From Pseudomonadota bacterium (GTDB lineage: Bacteria > Pseudomonadota > Gammaproteobacteria > Acidiferrobacterales > Acidiferrobacteraceae): a DNA stretch of 64,000 bases. Below the pieces are notes generated by a model. It saw only the letters and a list, made by a program, of their open reading frames with translations. It had not been told where the DNA came from and made no database searches. The stretch covers positions 1,512-65,511 of the forward strand of contig JAKAXT010000002.1 in NCBI GenBank assembly GCA_021816425.1. The letters run 5' to 3'. Made by a program: the position numbers and the translations under genes. Position 1 is the stretch's first letter, and every line of letters begins with the position of its first letter. Shown one piece after another: positions 23,851 through 33,829 of the stretch.

Positions 23851-24450
23851 CTAGACGCCGTACGCCAGACGCTCCCGCAGGGGGCTCGTGCGCGGAAAAT
23901 GGGCCTTCAAAAAGGCCATCTGATCGGCCAGTACGCGCCGTCCCTGCAGATAAATGTATTCCGCATGGGTGGGGACGAAGGGGACCGCGAGCAAGACCAT
24001 GTCGGCCTCCTCGGGCGTACGGCCGGCCTTGTGGTTATTGCACCGCTTGCAGGCCGTCACGACATTGCTCCATACGTCCTTCCCGCCACGGCTCAAGGGT
24101 GTCACATGGTCGCGCGAAAGATCCCGGACCGCGAAACGCGACCCGCAGTAGAGGCACAACCGCGCGTCGCGCGCGAACAAGGCCGGGTTGCTGAGCGGCG
24201 GCACATAGCGGTCCCGCTGCCGGGCGAGCTGTCCGTTTTCCCCATACGTGGCGAGGATCGAGTTGACTTCGACGACGCTGCGGCGCCCGGTGGCGGCATT
24301 GAAGCCCCCGTGGACCCGGTAGAGGAGGATGCCGCAGGTATACGCCACCTGCCCGAGATGACAGATGCGTACCGCCTCGCGGAAATCGATCCACTCGAGC
24401 GGCATGCCGGCGACGTCGGTGCGCAACACTTGTTGACTGAGCGGGTACAT
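23851..24450 (-). CDS. HNH endonuclease family protein
   Basis: CLYCG...DHVTPLSRGG...NVVTACKRCNNHK. Confidence 0.9.
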   Translation of the reverse strand: MYPLSQQVLRTDVAGMPLEWIDFREAVRICHLGQVAYTCGILLYRVHGGFNAATGRRSVVEVNSILATYGENGQLARQRDRYVPPLSNPALFARDARLCLYCGSRFAVRDLSRDHVTPLSRGGKDVWSNVVTACKRCNNHKAGRTPEEADMVLLAVPFVPTHAEYIYLQGRRVLADQMAFLKAHFPRTSPLRERLAYGV

Positions 24451-24664
24451 AGCAACCTCGGGCGGCCCCGGCCGCCATCTGCAGCAATGGACCTCAACAG
24501 AGGGCTCTCGCTAATATACCGATCGCTAGACGCAGGGACAAGGGCGCCTGCCCCGGCCTCCCGCAACGGGGAGGTGGGCGCGCCTTGGACTTAAGGGGGT
24601 TTGGCGCGATCCCGCGGAGAACTCGATGGACGCCGCGGGACCGACGAGGATTCGGAGACGCCGG

Positions 24665-24820
24665 TTACTTGATCTTCGCCTCGCGGTAGGCCACGTGCTT
24701 GCGGGCCACCGGATCGAATTTTTTGATCTCGAACTTCTCGGTCATGGTCCGCTTGTTCTTGGTCGTCGTGTAAAAATGGCCGGTATCGGCCGTCGACACG
24801 AGCTTGATCTTATCGCGCAT
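24665..24820 (-). CDS. rpmG: 50S ribosomal protein L33
   Basis: Manual translation [51 protein letters not shown] (below the ORF-track cutoff). Confidence 0.97.
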   Translation of the reverse strand: MRDKIKLVSTADTGHFYTTTKNKRTMTEKFEIKKFDPVARKHVAYREAKIK

Positions 24821-24829
24821 ATCCGTCTC

Positions 24830-25066
24830 CTAAACCGATTCGCCGCGGGCGCGCATCTCGGCCAGCACGACATCGACGCCCTTCTTGTCGATGGTGCGCA
24901 GCGCGTGGTGGGACAGACGCAGCCGTACCCAGCGCTTTTCGCTTTCGACCCACAAACGCCGGTAATGCAGATTGGGCAAAAACCGCCGACGCGTCTTGTT
25001 GTTCGCGTGCGACACGTTGTTGCCGCTCATAGGCCGCTTGCCGCTGACCTGGCATACCTTGGACAT
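24830..25066 (-). CDS. rpmB: 50S ribosomal protein L28
   Basis: [33 protein letters not shown]. Confidence 0.98.
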   Translation of the reverse strand: MSKVCQVSGKRPMSGNNVSHANNKTRRRFLPNLHYRRLWVESEKRWVRLRLSHHALRTIDKKGVDVVLAEMRARGESV

Positions 25067-25300
25067 GGTGACCCCCTGATGAATCCGGGGATTCTGCCAC
25101 AGCGGGCGGCGGCTGCCAATCCCCCGGCACCGGCGAGGCCCGGGGCGCCGGCCCCCGAGACCGAAGGCGGCGCCGGCCCGCACCCGGTCTCGCACCTTTT
25201 GCCGATAACAACCGCGGGCGGCTCCGGCTTAAAGTGGCCGCATCATCCAGGGGCGGACCCCGGCCATCGCCTGCCTGCCCACGCGCACCGAGGAGGCCCC

Positions 25301-28276
25301 GTGTCCGCCGATCCGCACCTGCACCCCTGCGTCATCCGCGTCGATCAGCAAGACATCGCAAGCTTCATAGGCGAAAACCTGCTGGACGCGCTGGCCCGCG
25401 TCCGCCACTACATCCCCCATCTCTGCTACAGCCCGGCCCTGGGCCCCCTCGAGACCTGCGACACCTGCTTCGTTTCGGTCGACGGCGCTCTGGTGCGCGC
25501 CTGCACCCTCCTCGCACACGACGGTCTCGAGGTGAGCACGAGGGATCCTGCGTCGGACGCCGCACGCCGCGAAGGCGTGGACCGGATACTCGAAAAGCAC
25601 GAGCTCTACTGCTCGGTGTGCGACAACAACAACGGCGACTGCGAGATCCACGACGCCGTCGACAGGCTCGCCATCCGCCACCAGCGCTACCCTTATCGGC
25701 AGAAGCCCTATAGCGCCGACGTCTCCAGCCCCTTCTACGCCTATGACCCGCTCCAATGCATTCTCTGCGGCCGCTGCGTGGAGGCCTGCCAGAACGTGCA
25801 GGTGAACGAGACCTTGAGCATCGACTGGGATCTCGAATATCCGCGCGTCCTATGGGACGGGGGGCGGCCGATCAACGAGTCGAGCTGCGTGTCCTGCGGG
25901 CACTGCGTGACGGTCTGCCCCTGCAACGCGCTCATGGAAAACACCCGGCTCGGAAAGGCCGGTCCGTTCACCGGTTGGCCCGCACCCCTGAAGCGCGAAA
26001 TGATCGAGTTCGTGAAGGGGGTGGAGCAGACCACCACCTTCATCCCCATCACGGCCCTATCGAAGATCGACGAACGCCTGCGCCGCGCGGAGCAGAAGAC
26101 CACGAAGACCGTGTGCACCTTCTGCGGGGTCGGCTGCTCCTTCGATGTCACGACCCGCGGCCGGCATATCCTGAAGATCCAGCCGGAACGGGGACCGGCC
26201 AACGGGATCTCGACCTGCGTCAAGGGGAAGTTCGGATGGGACTTCGTGAACAGCAAGGACCGTCTCGTCAGACCCCTCATCCGCGAGGGGTCCTCGTTCC
26301 GGGAGGCGGGCTGGGACGAGGCCCTGGCGCTCGTCCACGAGCGGTTCAGCGCGATCCGCGCAGGCCACGGGCCCGATGCCCTGGGCTTCGTGGCCACGAG
26401 CAAGGGCTCGAACGAGGAGGTCTATCTCACCCAAAAGTTCGCGCGCGCCGTCATCGGCACGAACAACATCGATTGCACCTCGCGCTACTGCCAGAGCCCC
26501 GCCACCGAGGGGCTCGCGCGCACGGTCGGCTACGCCGGGGACTCGGGAACCATGGATGACATCGACGATGCCGAACTCCTGCTCATGATCGGCACGAATA
26601 CCGCCGACAGCCACCCGGTCCTCGCGGCCCGCATCAAGCGCCGCCTGAAGCGTGGCGAGGTTAAGGTCATCGTCGTGGACCTCCTGCGCCATGAGATGGC
26701 CGAGCGCGCCACCCTCTTCCTGCGACCCAGGCCCGGCACCGACCTCGTGTGGCTCTGCGCCGTGACGCGTCACATCCTGGACCGCGGGCTCGAAGATCGC
26801 GCCTTTCTCGAAAAGCGCGTGAACGATCTGGACGCCCTGCGCGCCTCGCTCGCCCCGTTCACGCTCGCCTACGCGGAGGCCGAGACCGGCATCCCGGAGG
26901 CCGAGATCGTCCGCATCGCCGACATGATCGTCGGCGCCTCGGGCGTGTGCGCCCTGTGGGCCATGGGGGTGACACAGCGCACGACCGGCAGCGACACGAG
27001 CACCGCCATCTCCAACCTGCTCCTCGTCACCGGCAACTACGGGAAGAAGGGCTCCGGGGCCTACCCCCTGCGCGGGCACAACAACGTCCAGGGCGCGGGC
27101 GACTTCGGGGCGCTGTCGGACAAGCTGCCGGGCTACCTGAAGGTCGCGGACCCGAAGGCGCGCGAACACGTCGGCCGGGCCTGGGGGGTCGAGATCCCCG
27201 CCGAACCCGGGCTCAACAACCACAGCATGATAGACGCCGCGCACGCGGGCACACTGAAGGCCATGTACATCATCGGGGAGGACACGGCAGTGGTCGACGC
27301 CGACGCCCGCCACACCGAGGCGGCATTGGAGAAGCTCGACTTCCTGGTCGTCCAGGACATCTTCATGACCACCACCGCCCGGTTCGCCGACGTCGTGCTG
27401 CCGGCGTGCCCGAGCCTCGAAAAGGAAGGCACGTTCGTGAATACGGAACGGCGCATCCAGCACTTCGCGCGCGCGCTCGATCCCCTCGGCGAGTCCAAGC
27501 CCGACTGGCAGATACTCTGCGAGCTCGCGCAGCGCTTCGGCCACCGCTGGGATTATGCCGGGCCGCGGGAGATCATGTCGGAGGCGAGCACGGTCGCGCC
27601 CATACTGGCCGGGGTCACCTACGACCGTCTCCAGGGCTACGAGTCGCTCGTCTGGCCGGTCGACGCCCAGGGGCGTTCCGAGACGCTCCTTTACGCGAAG
27701 ACCTTCCATACCGAGGACGGCAAGGCCAGGCTCCACCCCGTCCCATGGCACGCCCCGCAGGAGCGGGCCTGCGCCGAATACGACCTCACTTTGAACAACG
27801 GGCGCGTACTCGAGCATTTTCAGGAGGGCAACCTCACAGCGCGCGTCCCGGGCCTCGTCTCCAAGGTCGACCAGTTCTATGTGGAGGTATCGCGCGAGCT
27901 CGCGGATGAGTTGGCCATAAAGACCGGGGCGCGCGTAACGCTCACGTCGCGCCGGGGGAGCGTGGAGGCCGGCGTACTGGTGAGCCCCCGCGTCGCCGGA
28001 CGGGACCTCTACACGGTCGAGTTCTCCTTGAAAGAGCCGATAAACCGCCTGACCGGCAATCACGCCGATGCGGCGACATCGACGCCGGCCTTCAAGGAGC
28101 TCGCCGTGAAACTCGAGGTGTTGACGCGCGAGGGTCCCTCGCCCGTGCCGCGCTCGAATCCGCGCTTCGGTACGCGCACCCCCCGGTCCGGGGTCGAGGT
28201 CGAACGGAAGTGGAAACGGCAGGAGTACCAGCCGGTCCCGGCGACCGTGGCGGCCCGCGCCGGAGACCGGTCATGA
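25301..28276 (+). CDS. Molybdopterin formate dehydrogenase alpha subunit, non-canonical YjgC/ForC type
   Basis: N-terminal 2Fe-2S, HxxxCxxC and 2x4Fe-4S motifs, CTFCGVGC, SRYCQSPA active-site segment, LRGHNNVQG; GGAGG RBS before the GTG at 25301. Confidence 0.9.
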   Translation: MSADPHLHPCVIRVDQQDIASFIGENLLDALARVRHYIPHLCYSPALGPLETCDTCFVSVDGALVRACTLLAHDGLEVSTRDPASDAARREGVDRILEKHELYCSVCDNNNGDCEIHDAVDRLAIRHQRYPYRQKPYSADVSSPFYAYDPLQCILCGRCVEACQNVQVNETLSIDWDLEYPRVLWDGGRPINESSCVSCGHCVTVCPCNALMENTRLGKAGPFTGWPAPLKREMIEFVKGVEQTTTFIPITALSKIDERLRRAEQKTTKTVCTFCGVGCSFDVTTRGRHILKIQPERGPANGISTCVKGKFGWDFVNSKDRLVRPLIREGSSFREAGWDEALALVHERFSAIRAGHGPDALGFVATSKGSNEEVYLTQKFARAVIGTNNIDCTSRYCQSPATEGLARTVGYAGDSGTMDDIDDAELLLMIGTNTADSHPVLAARIKRRLKRGEVKVIVVDLLRHEMAERATLFLRPRPGTDLVWLCAVTRHILDRGLEDRAFLEKRVNDLDALRASLAPFTLAYAEAETGIPEAEIVRIADMIVGASGVCALWAMGVTQRTTGSDTSTAISNLLLVTGNYGKKGSGAYPLRGHNNVQGAGDFGALSDKLPGYLKVADPKAREHVGRAWGVEIPAEPGLNNHSMIDAAHAGTLKAMYIIGEDTAVVDADARHTEAALEKLDFLVVQDIFMTTTARFADVVLPACPSLEKEGTFVNTERRIQHFARALDPLGESKPDWQILCELAQRFGHRWDYAGPREIMSEASTVAPILAGVTYDRLQGYESLVWPVDAQGRSETLLYAKTFHTEDGKARLHPVPWHAPQERACAEYDLTLNNGRVLEHFQEGNLTARVPGLVSKVDQFYVEVSRELADELAIKTGARVTLTSRRGSVEAGVLVSPRVAGRDLYTVEFSLKEPINRLTGNHADAATSTPAFKELAVKLEVLTREGPSPVPRSNPRFGTRTPRSGVEVERKWKRQEYQPVPATVAARAGDRS

Positions 28277-28752
28277 GCGCGCTCATCGATCATCGGCCCA
28301 TGCGGCCGGAAGAGGCGACCGCGGAAAAGGAACGCCTCGAACTGCTCGAGGCGCTCTCGCAAGCCGGCATCCTCCGTTTCCTGACGGCGCTCGCAAGCGG
28401 CCTGCCGGACGCCGGGCTCATAGTGGCCCGTGGCCTGAATTCCGCGGCCTCGCGCGCCGCCGTTCAAAACATCGTCACCATCCTGCAGGCCTTGGGCCGC
28501 GTGCCCCCGCGGGACTTCTCGCGCTTCATGGCGGCCGTATCCGTCGCCACCCGGGACGTGGAACGCGAGACCGAGGCCCCGCGCGACGGGGTCGGCGATC
28601 CGCCGGGGATCACAGGCGCCTATCGCCTCCTCCAGGACGACGCCCTCTGGCGCGCCCTGGGGCCTTTGCTGGATGGCCTCAAGGCCTTCGGCGAAAGCCT
28701 GGCCCAGGGGACGCCCCCCGAGAGACCGCCGCCGCGCGGCCCCCTTCTTTGA
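28273..28752 (+). CDS. DUF1641-like (ForE-type) partner protein
   Basis: ATGA-coupled to the FDH gene; C-terminal GITGAYRLLQDDALWRALGPLLDGLKAFG resembles DUF1641. Confidence 0.7.
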   Translation: MSALIDHRPMRPEEATAEKERLELLEALSQAGILRFLTALASGLPDAGLIVARGLNSAASRAAVQNIVTILQALGRVPPRDFSRFMAAVSVATRDVERETEAPRDGVGDPPGITGAYRLLQDDALWRALGPLLDGLKAFGESLAQGTPPERPPPRGPLL

Positions 28753-28769
28753 GCGTGGGCGCCCGCACG

Positions 28770-29444
28770 CTAGAGCCAGCCGCGCTCCTTGAAGGAGACG
28801 ATGTGGCCGTCGCCCACCACGAGATGGTCGACGACGCGCACGCCGATCAGGCTGAGCGCCGCGGCGAGCCGCGCGGTGAGATCACGATCGGCGAGGCTCG
28901 GCTCCGCGTGTCCCGAGGGATGGTTGTGGACGAAGATGGCGGCGGCCGCATTGTGGACCAGGGCACGCTTTACGACCTCGCGCGGATACACGACCGCCGC
29001 GTCTATCGTGCCCTCGAACAGGACCTCTTCCACGAGCAGGCGGTGACGGATATCGAGAAACAGGCAGGCGAAGGCCTCGCGGGGACGATCGCGGAAGGCG
29101 GCCGTGAGGTAGTGACGGGTCACCAAAGACGATGACAGGACGGTCTCACGGCGCAGGCTTTCAGCCAGGTGGCGCCGCCCCATCTCCAGAACGGCGCGCA
29201 CCAGGGCATACTTGGCCGGCCCAAGCCCCGGGGCCTCGCAAAAGGCATCCTGTTCGGCCGTAAGCAGGCCCCGCAACCCCCCGAATCGCGCCAGCAGCGT
29301 GCGCGCGAGATCCACGGCGGTCTTGCCGCTCACGCCGGTTCTTAGGACAATGGCCAAAAGCTCGGCATCGGACAGGGCCTCGGGGCCGTGCTGCAACAGG
29401 CGCTCGCGCGGGCGTTCGTCTACGGGCCAGGCGGAAATGGTCAT
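28770..29444 (-). CDS. radC: RadC family JAB-domain protein
   Basis: [22 protein letters not shown]...SLAD, VVDH; divergent from coaBC. Confidence 0.95.
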   Translation of the reverse strand: MTISAWPVDERPRERLLQHGPEALSDAELLAIVLRTGVSGKTAVDLARTLLARFGGLRGLLTAEQDAFCEAPGLGPAKYALVRAVLEMGRRHLAESLRRETVLSSSLVTRHYLTAAFRDRPREAFACLFLDIRHRLLVEEVLFEGTIDAAVVYPREVVKRALVHNAAAAIFVHNHPSGHAEPSLADRDLTARLAAALSLIGVRVVDHLVVGDGHIVSFKERGWL

Positions 29445-29531
29445 GGCGACTCCTTGCCGCTACGATAGCAAGAGGAAAGACCGGGCGCCGTCCGGAAAAT
29501 CGCCGGCTGGGCAAAGGAATGGGAACGGGAC

Positions 29532-30734
29532 ATGCGGGATAGAGCGTCGCCTCAAGGCCGCCGGGTGGTGCTTGGCATCACAGGCGGCATAGCCGCCTAC
29601 AAGACCCCGGAACTGGTGCGCCACCTGCGCGCGGCCGGGGCCGAGGTGCGCGTGGTGCTTTCGCATAGCGCCACCCATTTCGTTGCCGCGGGGGCGCTTG
29701 CGGCCGTGGGCGCGGAACTGGTCGACGACCACGGGATGGGGATGCTCCACATCGATCTCGCCCGCTGGGCCGACATCGTGCTGATCGCGCCGGCGACCGC
29801 CCATCTCCTGGCGCGGCTTGCGATCGGTGCCGCCGACGACCTGCTCACGACCCTCTGCCTGGCCACCGAGGCCCCCGTCTGCCTGGCGCCCGCCATGAAT
29901 CGCGTCATGTGGGAGCATCCCGCGACTTGCGCGAACCACGCGAAGCTCCTGGAGCGCGGCGTGCTCTTCATAGGGCCCGACGAAGGCCCCCAGGCCTGCG
30001 GCGACAGCGGGCCCGGGCGCATGAGCGAACCCGCCGAGATCACGGCCTTCCTCGAGCGTCTCTGGGGCGAGGAAGGCCCCTTGCGCGACGTGTCGGCGGT
30101 CGTGACCGCGGGCCCCACCTACGAGGCCCTGGATCCGGCCCGGGGGTTCACGAACCGAAGTTCCGGCAAGATGGGTTATGCGGTCGCGGCGGCGCTGGCC
30201 GAACAGGGGGCGCAGGTGGTGCTGGTCTCCGGCCCCACGGCCCTCGCCGCCCCTCCCGGGGTGCGGCGGGTGCTGGTCACGAGCGCGCTCGAGATGCGCG
30301 AGGCGGTGCTTGCCCACCGCCACGGGATGCGCCTCTTCGTGGGCGCCGCGGCCGTCGCCGACTATCGGCCGGACACGATCTCGCCGCAGAAGCTGAAGAA
30401 GCAGGCGGACACCCTGACCGTCACCTTCGTCCGCAATCCCGACATCCTCGCCGAGGTTGCGCAGTGGATACCCCGGCCGTTTACCGTGGGGTTCGCGGCC
30501 GAGACCGAGGAACTCGAGGGCCACGCGCGCGCCAAGCTCGAAAAAAAGGGCCTCGATCTCGTGATCGCAAACCCCGTGGGGGAACCGGGGGCGGGTTTCG
30601 GGGACGACCAGAACCGGGTGACCCTCGTCGACAAGGACCGGACCGTCGCATGGACCGCCGCGCCCAAGACCGAGATCGCGCGCGAGATCGTGATGGAGAT
30701 CATCAAACGCCTGCCGAGGAACACGCACGCATGA
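29532..30734 (+). CDS. coaBC: Phosphopantothenoylcysteine decarboxylase/ligase
   Basis: [40 protein letters not shown]. Confidence 0.96.
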   Translation: MRDRASPQGRRVVLGITGGIAAYKTPELVRHLRAAGAEVRVVLSHSATHFVAAGALAAVGAELVDDHGMGMLHIDLARWADIVLIAPATAHLLARLAIGAADDLLTTLCLATEAPVCLAPAMNRVMWEHPATCANHAKLLERGVLFIGPDEGPQACGDSGPGRMSEPAEITAFLERLWGEEGPLRDVSAVVTAGPTYEALDPARGFTNRSSGKMGYAVAAALAEQGAQVVLVSGPTALAAPPGVRRVLVTSALEMREAVLAHRHGMRLFVGAAAVADYRPDTISPQKLKKQADTLTVTFVRNPDILAEVAQWIPRPFTVGFAAETEELEGHARAKLEKKGLDLVIANPVGEPGAGFGDDQNRVTLVDKDRTVAWTAAPKTEIAREIVMEIIKRLPRNTHA

Positions 30735-31192
30735 CCGGACCTGTCGTCGATCTGAAGATCCTGGATGCGCGCTACGGGAAGGAGTTCGCGCTGCCCACCT
30801 ACGCCACCGCAGGTTCGGCGGCCGTGGACCTGCGCGCCTGCATCAAGGAACCGCTCACGCTTGCGCCCTCGGACTGTCGGCTGGTCCCGACGGGCCTGGC
30901 CGTCCATATCGCGGATCGGGCGTATGCCGCGCTCATCCTGCCGCGTTCGGGGCTCGGGCACAAAGGGCTCGTCCTCGGCAACACCGTGGGCCTCATCGAT
31001 TCGGACTACCAGGGCGAAATCAGCTTATCCTGCTGGAACCGCAGTCGCGAGCCATTGGCCATCGCCCCGGGCGACCGCGTGGCGCAGCTTCTGATCGTCC
31101 CGGTCGCCGCGGCGCACTTCCGCGTCGTCGAGCAGTTCGAGGAGGCGACCGAGCGCGGCGAGTCCGGTTTCGGCCACTCGGGCATCCGTTAA
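30731..31192 (+). CDS. dut: dUTP diphosphatase
   Basis: [32 protein letters not shown]. Confidence 0.96.
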   Translation: MTGPVVDLKILDARYGKEFALPTYATAGSAAVDLRACIKEPLTLAPSDCRLVPTGLAVHIADRAYAALILPRSGLGHKGLVLGNTVGLIDSDYQGEISLSCWNRSREPLAIAPGDRVAQLLIVPVAAAHFRVVEQFEEATERGESGFGHSGIR

Positions 31193-31240
31193 TATATAAA
31201 CCCGGCCCCGACATGGGCCCCATCAGGAGATCCTTGACCG

Positions 31241-32647
31241 ATGACCGCCACGCCCACCGTACCCAGCACCCGGCGCGCCGATCTTCCGCCAGCCGGCATT
31301 TTCAAGTCCTATGACATACGGGGCGTCGTCGACGTCGAGCTGAGGCCCGAGCATGTGCGCGCCATCGGACAGGCGATCGGCAGCGAGGCGCGGGACCGCG
31401 GGCGCTCCACGGTGGTCATCGCCCGCGACGGCAGGCTTTCCGGGCCGACGCTGCTTCAGGCCCTGAGCGAGGGGCTCACCGCGAGCGGCTGCGACGTCGT
31501 CGACATAGGACTGGTCCCGACCCCGCTGCTCTATTACGCGACCCTGGCCTTCGAGACCGGGTCGGGCGTCATGCTGACCGGCAGCCACAATCCGCCGCAA
31601 TACAACGGCCTGAAGATCCTCCTCGACGGCGAGACCTTGTCAGGCGCGCAGATCACCGCCCTCTATGAGCGGCTCGTCGAAGGCCGCCTCGCAAGCGGCG
31701 CCGGGACGGTCCGCACAGCCGACATCCGCCAGGCCTATCTCGACCGCATCACAGGCGACATACATCTGAAGCGCCCCCTGAAGGTCGTGCTCGACTGCGG
31801 CAACGGCGCCACCGGGGAAGTGGCCCCCGCCCTCTTTCGTGCGCTCGGCTGCGCCATCACCACCCTGTTTGGCGAAATCGACGGACACTTCCCCAACCAC
31901 CACCCCGATCCGAGCCAGCCGGACAATCTGAAAGACCTCCAGGAGCGCGTGATCGCCGACGGGGCCGACGTAGGCCTTGCGTTCGACGGGGACGGGGACC
32001 GGTTGGCGGTGGTGGCGCCCGACGGCACCATCATCTGGCCGGATCGGCAACTGATACTGTTCGCCCGCGACGTCCTGTCCCGACACCCAAACGCCCAGAT
32101 CCTCTACGACGTCAAGTGTTCGCGTGCCCTGGACGAGGCGATACGGGCCGCCGGCGGCCGGCCGCTCATGTGGAAGACCGGGCACTCCTTCATAAAGGCC
32201 CGCATCCGCCAGGGCGACGTGCTGCTCGCGGGCGAGATGAGCGGACACATATTCTTCAAGGAACGCTGGACCGGTTTCGACGATGGGCTGTATGCGGGCG
32301 CGAGGCTCCTGGAACTTCTCGCCAAGAGCCCCGTGTTGCCGGCCGAGGTATTCGGCGCGCTCCCCAATACCGTGAACACCCCCGAGATCCAGATACCGGT
32401 CGCGGAAAGCCCGCACGCCCTCGTGGACCTCCTGGTGCAGGCCGCGCATTTCCCGGATGGCAAGGTCACGACCATAGACGGCCTGCGGGTCGATTTCCCG
32501 GACGGCTTCGGGCTTATCCGCGCCTCCAACACCACGCCCATACTGGTGCTCAGATTCGAGGGCACGACGCAGGAGGCGCTGAAGCGCATCCAGGGGCGTT
32601 TCCGCGACCTCGTGAAGGGCGTGCGGCCCGCGCTCGCGGCCTGGTAG
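31241..32647 (+). CDS. algC: Phosphomannomutase/phosphoglucomutase
   Basis: FKSYDIRG, TGSHNP, FDGDGDR, GEMSGH, RASNT. Confidence 0.93.
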   Translation: MTATPTVPSTRRADLPPAGIFKSYDIRGVVDVELRPEHVRAIGQAIGSEARDRGRSTVVIARDGRLSGPTLLQALSEGLTASGCDVVDIGLVPTPLLYYATLAFETGSGVMLTGSHNPPQYNGLKILLDGETLSGAQITALYERLVEGRLASGAGTVRTADIRQAYLDRITGDIHLKRPLKVVLDCGNGATGEVAPALFRALGCAITTLFGEIDGHFPNHHPDPSQPDNLKDLQERVIADGADVGLAFDGDGDRLAVVAPDGTIIWPDRQLILFARDVLSRHPNAQILYDVKCSRALDEAIRAAGGRPLMWKTGHSFIKARIRQGDVLLAGEMSGHIFFKERWTGFDDGLYAGARLLELLAKSPVLPAEVFGALPNTVNTPEIQIPVAESPHALVDLLVQAAHFPDGKVTTIDGLRVDFPDGFGLIRASNTTPILVLRFEGTTQEALKRIQGRFRDLVKGVRPALAAW

Positions 32648-32787
32648 ACGCGCGTGGCGGCGTAATTATTCCGCCGAAATTTCCAGGCATTGCACGCGGT
32701 CCGGGGTTGTCAGGGCGCGAATTTGGCGCCATCCTGTAGGGCTGTGGCACGACCCTGACAACCGAAAAAATGAGGAGAATAGTCACC

Positions 32788-33294
32788 ATGCGTCGATTTC
32801 TCGTTGGAGCCGCGTTCGCGCTCGGAACCGTCGGCACTTGCTACGCGCACAACCCGCTGAACGCGATCAAGGGGCCCCATATCGACCTCGACAAGACGGT
32901 GATCAAGGTTCCGCTCGCGAAGGGCGTGTCTCCCAAAGACGCGGTGCAAGCCATGAAAATCGAGGCCAACACCGTCAACATGAAATACGTGGGGGATCTG
33001 CCGCTCTCGAAACAGCTGAAATTGATGGGCATAAAGTCGGGCATCCTGACCGTGTACGAATTCTGCAGCCCGCCCATAGCGCACGTCATGGTGGAAGCCG
33101 ATCCGGCCTTCGCCGCCTACCTACCCTGCCGCATCACGATGGTGGCTTCGCGCGGCCGCGTGTGGCTCGAGATGCTGAACCTGAACATGATCATCAACGG
33201 GGCGCACCTCAAGGGCAAATTGCGCACCCAGGCGCTGCGGGTACGCAACGACCTCGATTCCATCCTCTGGGCCGGCGCCCAGGGTAACTGGTAG
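32788..33294 (+). CDS. Exported DUF302 protein
   Basis: Signal peptide; EFCSP...AYLPCRI double-Cys motif; GAGGAG RBS. Confidence 0.8.
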   Translation: MRRFLVGAAFALGTVGTCYAHNPLNAIKGPHIDLDKTVIKVPLAKGVSPKDAVQAMKIEANTVNMKYVGDLPLSKQLKLMGIKSGILTVYEFCSPPIAHVMVEADPAFAAYLPCRITMVASRGRVWLEMLNLNMIINGAHLKGKLRTQALRVRNDLDSILWAGAQGNW

Positions 33295-33299
33295 AGGCG

Positions 33300-33710
33300 A
33301 TGCGCAAGGCCGGGACGGCGTGGATGCTCGCCGTCCTCCTGGCCGGCCCGGCGGCGGCGCGCGCGGCGCCCGCCGGGGTGATCTTCCAGATCAGCACGAG
33401 TTCCCTTGCCTCCTGGAAGGTGGCCGTCCACAACGTCCGTAATCTCGAGCGCGCGACCGGCATCCCCGGGACGCTCATCGAGGTCGTGGTCCTGTCCCGC
33501 GCCGCGCGCATACTTCTGAAGGACTCGCCCGTGGCCCCCAACCTGGATGCGCTCCATGCATCGGGGGTCACGATCGAGGCCTGCAAGGCCGACATCCGGA
33601 AGGCGGGGCTCAGGCCCTCGGCGATCCTCCCTTTCGTGCGCTACGTGCCTTCGGGCGTGGCCGAGATCGTGCGCCGCGAACGCCAGGGCTGGGCCTACGT
33701 ACGGCCCTAG
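33300..33710 (+). CDS. Exported DsrE-family protein
   Basis: Signal peptide; IEVV...IEACKAD...VPSGVAEIVRRERQGWAYVRP. Confidence 0.85.
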   Translation: MRKAGTAWMLAVLLAGPAAARAAPAGVIFQISTSSLASWKVAVHNVRNLERATGIPGTLIEVVVLSRAARILLKDSPVAPNLDALHASGVTIEACKADIRKAGLRPSAILPFVRYVPSGVAEIVRRERQGWAYVRP

Positions 33711-33829
33711 GCCTCCTCCTCACCCTCAGACCGCGCGCCCCCGGGAACCGGATCGGGACCTTGGTGCAGCCCTCGCCCGCCGGTCGAATTTCCGGTACGC
33801 CTCGGGCGCCCGATCGATCGGGATGCGGC

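Noticed and set aside
23851-24450. HNH gene as a mobile or defence element
   Set aside because: Host-like composition, no flanking repeats, methylase or integrase; looks like a common stand-alone chromosomal HNH protein.
24535-24590. Stem-loop with a GCAA loop between HNH and rpmG
   Set aside because: Imperfect stem and no other support; not enough to call an ncRNA.
24626-25300. N-terminal extension of the FDH ORF
   Set aside because: It overlaps rpmG/rpmB on the opposite strand; an RBS and homology point to the GTG at 25301.
28770-29444. RadC/JAB as a mobile-element or defence marker
   Set aside because: Full-length chromosomal radC in its usual position next to coaBC.
32745-32760. TGGCACG as a sigma54 -24 box upstream of DUF302
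   Set aside because: The -12 position reads AC rather than the required GC.
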